DNA of 64,000 nucleotides from Escherichia coli (GTDB lineage Bacteria; Pseudomonadota; Gammaproteobacteria; Enterobacterales; Enterobacteriaceae): NCBI RefSeq assembly GCF_044324875.1, contig NZ_CP172185.1; one strand, 5' to 3'. Shown piece by piece: positions 58,627 to 64,000 of this stretch (position 1 is its first letter; each line of letters starts with the position of its first letter). The notes under the pieces were generated by a model. It saw only the letters and a program-made list of their open reading frames with translations, ran no database searches and was not told where the DNA came from. The position numbers and the translations under genes were made by a program.

Positions 58627-60379
58627 CTGTCCCCTCGCCTTGATTAATCACAAATTCATTTTTATCGCCCGTTGTCAGCGCATCCGGCTCGATGTTCATG
58701 GTACGCAATACGCCGCCCATGATGGCACCAAAGACCGGCGCGGAAACGGCGCCGCCGTAGTATTTACCCGCCTGCGGATCGTTGATAACAACAACCAGCG
58801 CGAAGCGCGGCTGACTCGCAGGCGCAACGCCTGCGGTATAAGCAATATATTTATTGATGTAGCGACCGTCCGGCCCGACCTTTTTCGCGGTACCGGTTTT
58901 AATGGCGATACGATAGCCCTTAATCGCCGCCTTCACGCCGCCACCACCCGGTAGCGCCACGCTTTCCATCATATGCACCACGGTGCGAACAATGGATTCC
59001 GGGAAGACTCGTTCACCGGGAACCGGGGGGTCAACTTTGGTAATCGACAGTGGGCGATAAATGCCGTAGCTGCCGATAGTTGCGTAGACTCGCGCTAACT
59101 GTAACGGTGTTACCATTAGCCCGTAGCCGAAAGAGAAGGTGGCCCTCTCTATGTCAGACCACCGTTGTTTTTGAGGATATAAGCCACTGCGTTCTCCGAC
59201 CAACCCCAAATTGGTCGCTTTTCCCAGTCCAAAACGTGAGTAAGTATCTACTAACGCTGAGGACGGCATCGCTAACGCCAGCTTGGAAACACCGACGTTA
59301 CTCGACTTCTGTAATACCCCGGTCAGGGTTAATTCGCTGTAGCGTGCCACGTCTTTGATTTCGTGGCCGTTAATTCGATAAGGAACGGTATTCAGTACCG
59401 AGTTTTCCCGCACTACGCCACGTTGCAACGCGGTCATCACCACCATCGGTTTAACCGTTGAACCCGGTTCAAACACGTCAGTGATGGTACGGTTACGCAT
59501 CGCCTCTTTCGGCGTGCCACTCAGATTGTTTGGGTTGTATGACGGGCTGTTAGCCATCGCCAGCACTTCACCGGTGTTGACATCCACCAGCACGGCGCTA
59601 CCAGATTCAGCTTTGTTAAAGGCCACCGCGTTGTTCAGTTCGCGATAAACCAGCGCCTGCAGGCGTTCATCAATACTCAGCGCCAGGTTGTGCGCCGCCT
59701 GACTGTCGGTGGAAGAGATATCTTCAATTACGCGACCATAGCGGTCTTTACGCACAATGCGCTCACCCGGCTGCCCGGTAAGCCATTTATCGAAACTCTT
59801 CTCGACGCCCTCAATCCCCTGACTATCGACGTTAGTAAAGCCGATGAGGTGAGCGGTCACTTCGCCGGATGGATAATAACGGCGAGATTCTTCACGCAGA
59901 TGAATCCCCGGCAGTTTCAGTTTTTTGATGTAGTCCGCCATGTCAGGGTTTACCTGACGCGCCAGATAAATAAAGCGCCCTTTCGGGTTGGCGTTAATGC
60001 GGGCTGAAAGCTGATCCAGCGGAATATTGAGCGCGTTAGCCAGCGCCTTCCAGCGGTCACCGACGCTGATACCGCCAGCGTCATGCACTTCTTTCGGGTC
60101 AGCCCAAATCGCTTTTACCGGCACGCTCACCGCTAACGGGCGACCAGAACGGTCAGTAATCATGCCGCGGGAGGTGGAAACTTGCTGAACGCGAAGAGAA
60201 CGCATGTCGCCCTCTTTCACCAGCATATCCGGGGAGATAACTTGTAACCACGCTACGCGTCCGAGCAGAAAAGCCAGCGCCAGGAGAATACAGCCGCATA
60301 ACAACGCAAAACGCCAACTGATAAAGTTGGCATGTTCTTCCTGACGTTTTGGTTTCTGCGTTTTCGCCGCTGCTTTCAT
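58613..60379 (-). CDS. ftsI: peptidoglycan D,D-transpeptidase FtsI (PBP3)
   Basis: 588 aa, [24 protein letters not shown]..., STVK and KTG motifs. Confidence 0.93.
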
Positions 60380-60394
60380 GCGTCGCGTTTATCC

Positions 60395-60760
60395 TTATTT
60401 TTGCACTACGATATTTTCTTGTGACGGATCAACATGCTGCATTTGCAGCTTTTCCGTGGCGATCCTTTCCACCCGGCTATGGTCGCCGAGCGCATTCTCT
60501 TCAAGGATCAGGTTGCGCCATTCAATGTCTAAAGCATCTCGCTCCAGCACCAGTTGTTCGCGCTGAGCGGTCAGTAAACGGGTATGGTGCGCCGTGGTTA
60601 CCACGGTCACCGCCGTCAAAATAATGCAAATGAACAGGCAGAGTGGCAGCTTCCCAAATCGCAAAAGATCGTCACCGATAACACCAGGCAATGCATGGCG
60701 CTCGTGGCTTCCCATCGATCCTTTAACTTTGCTTAGAGCTTCTGTCACTCTGCTGATCAT
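60395..60760 (-). CDS. ftsL: cell division protein FtsL
   Basis: 121 aa, single TM plus leucine-zipper-like segment. Confidence 0.9.
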
Positions 60761-61698
60761 GCGTTCGTCCTCTCTGCAATACGCAGAACTGAACTACGGG
60801 CACGAGGGTTCTCAGCCACCTCTTCTTCGCCCGGCATTAACTTGCCTAGTGCTCGCAGCTGACGGCCACCCAGTTTTTTGAGCTGCTCTTCAGTCATCGG
60901 TAACCCTGCCGGAACTTGCGGACCGCGGCTGTTTTCACGCATAAAACGTTTCACAATACGGTCTTCCAGCGAGTGGAAGCTGATGATCGAAAGCCGCCCA
61001 CCCGGGGCCAGCACGTTGAGCGAGCTTTTTAGCGCCTGCTCTATCTCCTCCAGTTCACTGTTTACCCAAATGCGCACCGCCTGGAAGGTACGGGTCGCGG
61101 GATGTTTAAACTTATCTTTCACCGGCGTTGCGGCAGCCACGACTTCCGCCAGTTCTTTGGTGCGGGTCATCGGCTGTTCGCGGTTTCGCTCGACAATGGC
61201 GCGGGCAATGCGTTTGGCAAAACGCTCTTCACCATAGGTTTTCAATACCCAGGCGATATCGGCTTCTTCTGCGGTTTGTAGCCATTCAGCGGCTGACTGC
61301 CCACGGGTTGGGTCCATACGCATGTCCAGCGGACCATCGCGCATAAAGGAAAAGCCGCGTTCAGCATCATCAAGTTGCGGTGAAGAGACGCCAAGATCGA
61401 GGAGAATGCCGTCGATCTTGCCGATAAGATCGCGCTCGGCAACATATTCGCCCAGCGCGGAGAAAGGTCCGTGGATGATGGAGAAGCGCGGATCATCAAT
61501 AGTCTTCGCAACGGCGATAGCCTGCGGGTCGCGATCGATCGCCAGCAAACGCCCCTCTTCGCCAAGCTGCGAGAGGATCAGCCGTGAGTGACCACCGCGA
61601 CCAAAAGTCCCATCAATGTAGATGCCATCAGGACGGATATTGAGGCCATTAACGGCTTCATCCAGCAGCACCGTAGTATGTTTATAGTTTTCCATCAT
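60757..61698 (-). CDS. rsmH: 16S rRNA m4C1402 methyltransferase RsmH (MraW)
   Basis: ORF 60757..61827; conserved start [16 protein letters not shown] (ATG at 61696-61698) gives 313 aa; SAM-binding GTFGRGGHS. Confidence 0.9.
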
Positions 61699-61699
61699 T

Positions 61700-62158
61700 T
61701 TATAGAGACAAGTCCTGCAGTCGCTCCGATAAGTCTCCGGTAGCCAACTGCTCTGCGTCGATATCTTCCTTGACCTGTTGATGCCAGGTTGTTTCATCCC
61801 ACAGCTCAAACTTGTTGAACTGTCCAACCAGCATCACTTCTTTTGTCAGCCCGGCATGTTGCCGCAGTACTGGCGCGATTAACAATCGACCTGCGCCATC
61901 CATCTGACATTCGCTGGCATGACCTAACAGTAGGCGCTGCACACGGCGCTCAACCGGGTTCATGCTCGACAGACGCGATAATTTTTGCTCGATAATTTCC
62001 CATTCAGGCAGGGGGTAAAGCAGCAGGCACGGGTGATGAATGTCAATGGTGCAAACCATTTGACCGGCAGCGTTCTCAAGCAGCTGTTCCCGATAACGGG
62101 TAGGCACTGATAAGCGCCCTTTGCTGTCGAGATTGACTAACGTTGCTCCCCGGAACAT
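61700..62158 (-). CDS. mraZ: transcriptional regulator MraZ
   Basis: ORF 61700..62194; conserved start [19 protein letters not shown] (ATG at 62156-62158) gives 152 aa. Confidence 0.9.
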
Positions 62159-62759
62159 GCCAGCCTCACCCCTTATTCCCACTTTGCCCCACAATTTCCC
62201 ACTGAAAGGAGTTTACGGAGCGGAGGAAAAGCTTGTCAAGCCAGTCACAAGGCATACCGAGGTAAAAAACCCGATGTTTACGGCTAATATCAGCGTTGTT
62301 TATTTTACGTCCAACGTGCGAAGCAAATTAACGTTATGAATAGCTGTAAGAAAAAATCCCTCATCGTCATCACCGTTTTAAAATGACTCACTATTTTCCA
62401 CAGCAAATATAAAGTGTCAGTTTGCGACGCGAGCGGCATTTTAGGACATATCTTCCCCGGTTAACAGTCCCTGTTGCGTCTGTGTGGCGCTTGATGCCAG
62501 CGGGTTTGCGCAAAAGCAAAGAAAAGTGTTTGTTAAATCGGCAATTCATCTCTGCATGTAACAAAATAATGCAAAAACGCGCTATCGATATCACTTAATT
62601 ATTGTGAATTTCAGCTGGTGAGGTAATTAACGGGCAGGTTTAAAAGCATTTATCAATAATAGCCAGGAATAGTCTTATTTACTTTAAGGATATTGATGTC
62701 CATTCCCGTACTCAACGCGCCAGAGAGAAATTCACCTGGCGCGTATTTTTGTTCGCGGC

Positions 62760-63764
62760 TTAGCTACGGCTGAGCACGCCGCGGCGATAGAGATTACGTT
62801 TAATGCGCGTTAAACCAGGTTTTGGCTTACGCGGTTCGTCCAGGCTTGCCAGGACAATCTCCAGCACACGCTCTGCGACATCGCGGTGACGTTGAGCCAC
62901 TGCCAGCACCGGGCACTGTAAGAAGTCGAGCAGTTCGTTATCGCCAAAGGTGGCAATTGCCAGGTCAGAAGGCAGTTTGCCGTCACGACGTAGCGTGACA
63001 TCCATCACCCCTTGCAACAACGCAAACGACGTTGTGAACAGTGCCTGCGGCATCGGATGCGTTTCCAGCCATTTTTCGAATAACTGGGCAGCCGCCTCCC
63101 GCTCATAGCTGTTGGCATAAAGGAAATGCACTTCGCGCGGATCATCTTTCCAGGCAGTACGGAAACCTTGTTCACGCAGGAAGCTGACAGAAAGCTCCGG
63201 CAGCGCGCCAAGATAAAGTACCGTCTCGGCGGGAAACTTACGTAACTCTTCCGCCAGCATTTCGGCATCATCCTGATCGGCACCAACCACGCTGGTGAAG
63301 TGTTCACGATCGAGGGCGCGGTCCAGCGCGACAATCGGGAACGGGTCGTTAGCCCAGCGTTGATAAAAAGGATGCTCAGGTGGCAACGACGTCGAAACAA
63401 TAATGGCATCAACCTGACGCTGTAAAAGGTGCTCAATGCAGCGCATTTCGTTGTCGGGCTGATCTTCCGAGCAGGCAATCAGCAGTTGATAACCCCTTTG
63501 CCGCGCCTGGCGTTCAAGATAGTTAGCGATGCGGGTATAGCTGGTGTTCTCCAGATCGGGGATCACAAGACCAATAGAACGTGTGCGTCCAGCACGAAGC
63601 CCAGCTGCCACGGCGTTCGGGTGGTAATTGTGCTCACGCACCACAGCCATGACTTTTTCAACGGTTTTGTCGCTCACACGGTATTGCTTCGCTTTGCCGT
63701 TAATAACATAGCTTGCAGTGGTCCGCGACACTCCCGCCAGCCGAGCGATTTCATCCAGTTTCAC
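62760..63764 (-). CDS. cra: catabolite repressor/activator Cra (FruR), LacI family
   Basis: 334 aa, (V)[24 protein letters not shown]; GTG start (cac at 63762-63764 on the plus strand). Confidence 0.9.
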   Translation of the reverse strand: MKLDEIARLAGVSRTTASYVINGKAKQYRVSDKTVEKVMAVVREHNYHPNAVAAGLRAGRTRSIGLVIPDLENTSYTRIANYLERQARQRGYQLLIACSEDQPDNEMRCIEHLLQRQVDAIIVSTSLPPEHPFYQRWANDPFPIVALDRALDREHFTSVVGADQDDAEMLAEELRKFPAETVLYLGALPELSVSFLREQGFRTAWKDDPREVHFLYANSYEREAAAQLFEKWLETHPMPQALFTTSFALLQGVMDVTLRRDGKLPSDLAIATFGDNELLDFLQCPVLAVAQRHRDVAERVLEIVLASLDEPRKPKPGLTRIKRNLYRRGVLSRS

Positions 63765-64000
63765 AATTGCCCCTTGCGTAAAATGTAAAAACCATAGCCA
63801 TTGTACTGGTATGGGTTAAATTCATTAACATCTAAGCGCAGAAAATTAACTGCGGCAACTGCTTTTATTCCAGGTTCCCACTGATTTCGCAAAAAAAGCC
63901 CAACGTGACATGTTGGGCTGCAAATTGCGCATTGAGATCATTATCAACGCATTATTTTATCGCCGCGCGAAAGTCCTACCACACCAGAGCGAGCAACTTC

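Overview
This window is an Escherichia coli-type chromosomal segment, collinear in reverse orientation with the K-12 region running from can/hpt through gcd, cueO, speED, acnB, the pdhR-aceEF-lpd operon, aroP, ampDE, nadC, hofBC, guaC, coaE-zapD-yacG, mutT, secMA, lpxC and the whole dcw cluster (ftsZ to mraZ) to cra. About 45 core genes are called from recognisable protein sequences in the six-frame track; where the track's longest ORF includes a non-native N-terminal extension, the start was moved to the conserved start codon. The one non-core feature is a roughly 9.6 kb, visibly AT-rich insertion (about 24812-34396) that splits the type IV pilin gene ppdD. It carries a large serine recombinase at one edge, a small resolvase with res-like palindromes, a helicase-like P-loop protein, a membrane plus secreted protein pair, and a translationally coupled two-gene operon of uncharacterised proteins. 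That two-gene operon (25182-27571), whose second protein has a PD-(D/E)xK-like nuclease motif, is my best candidate for a previously undescribed defence-type system. No tRNA, rRNA, CRISPR array or transposase was found. All functional assignments are from reading the sequence and recalled family knowledge; no database search was run.
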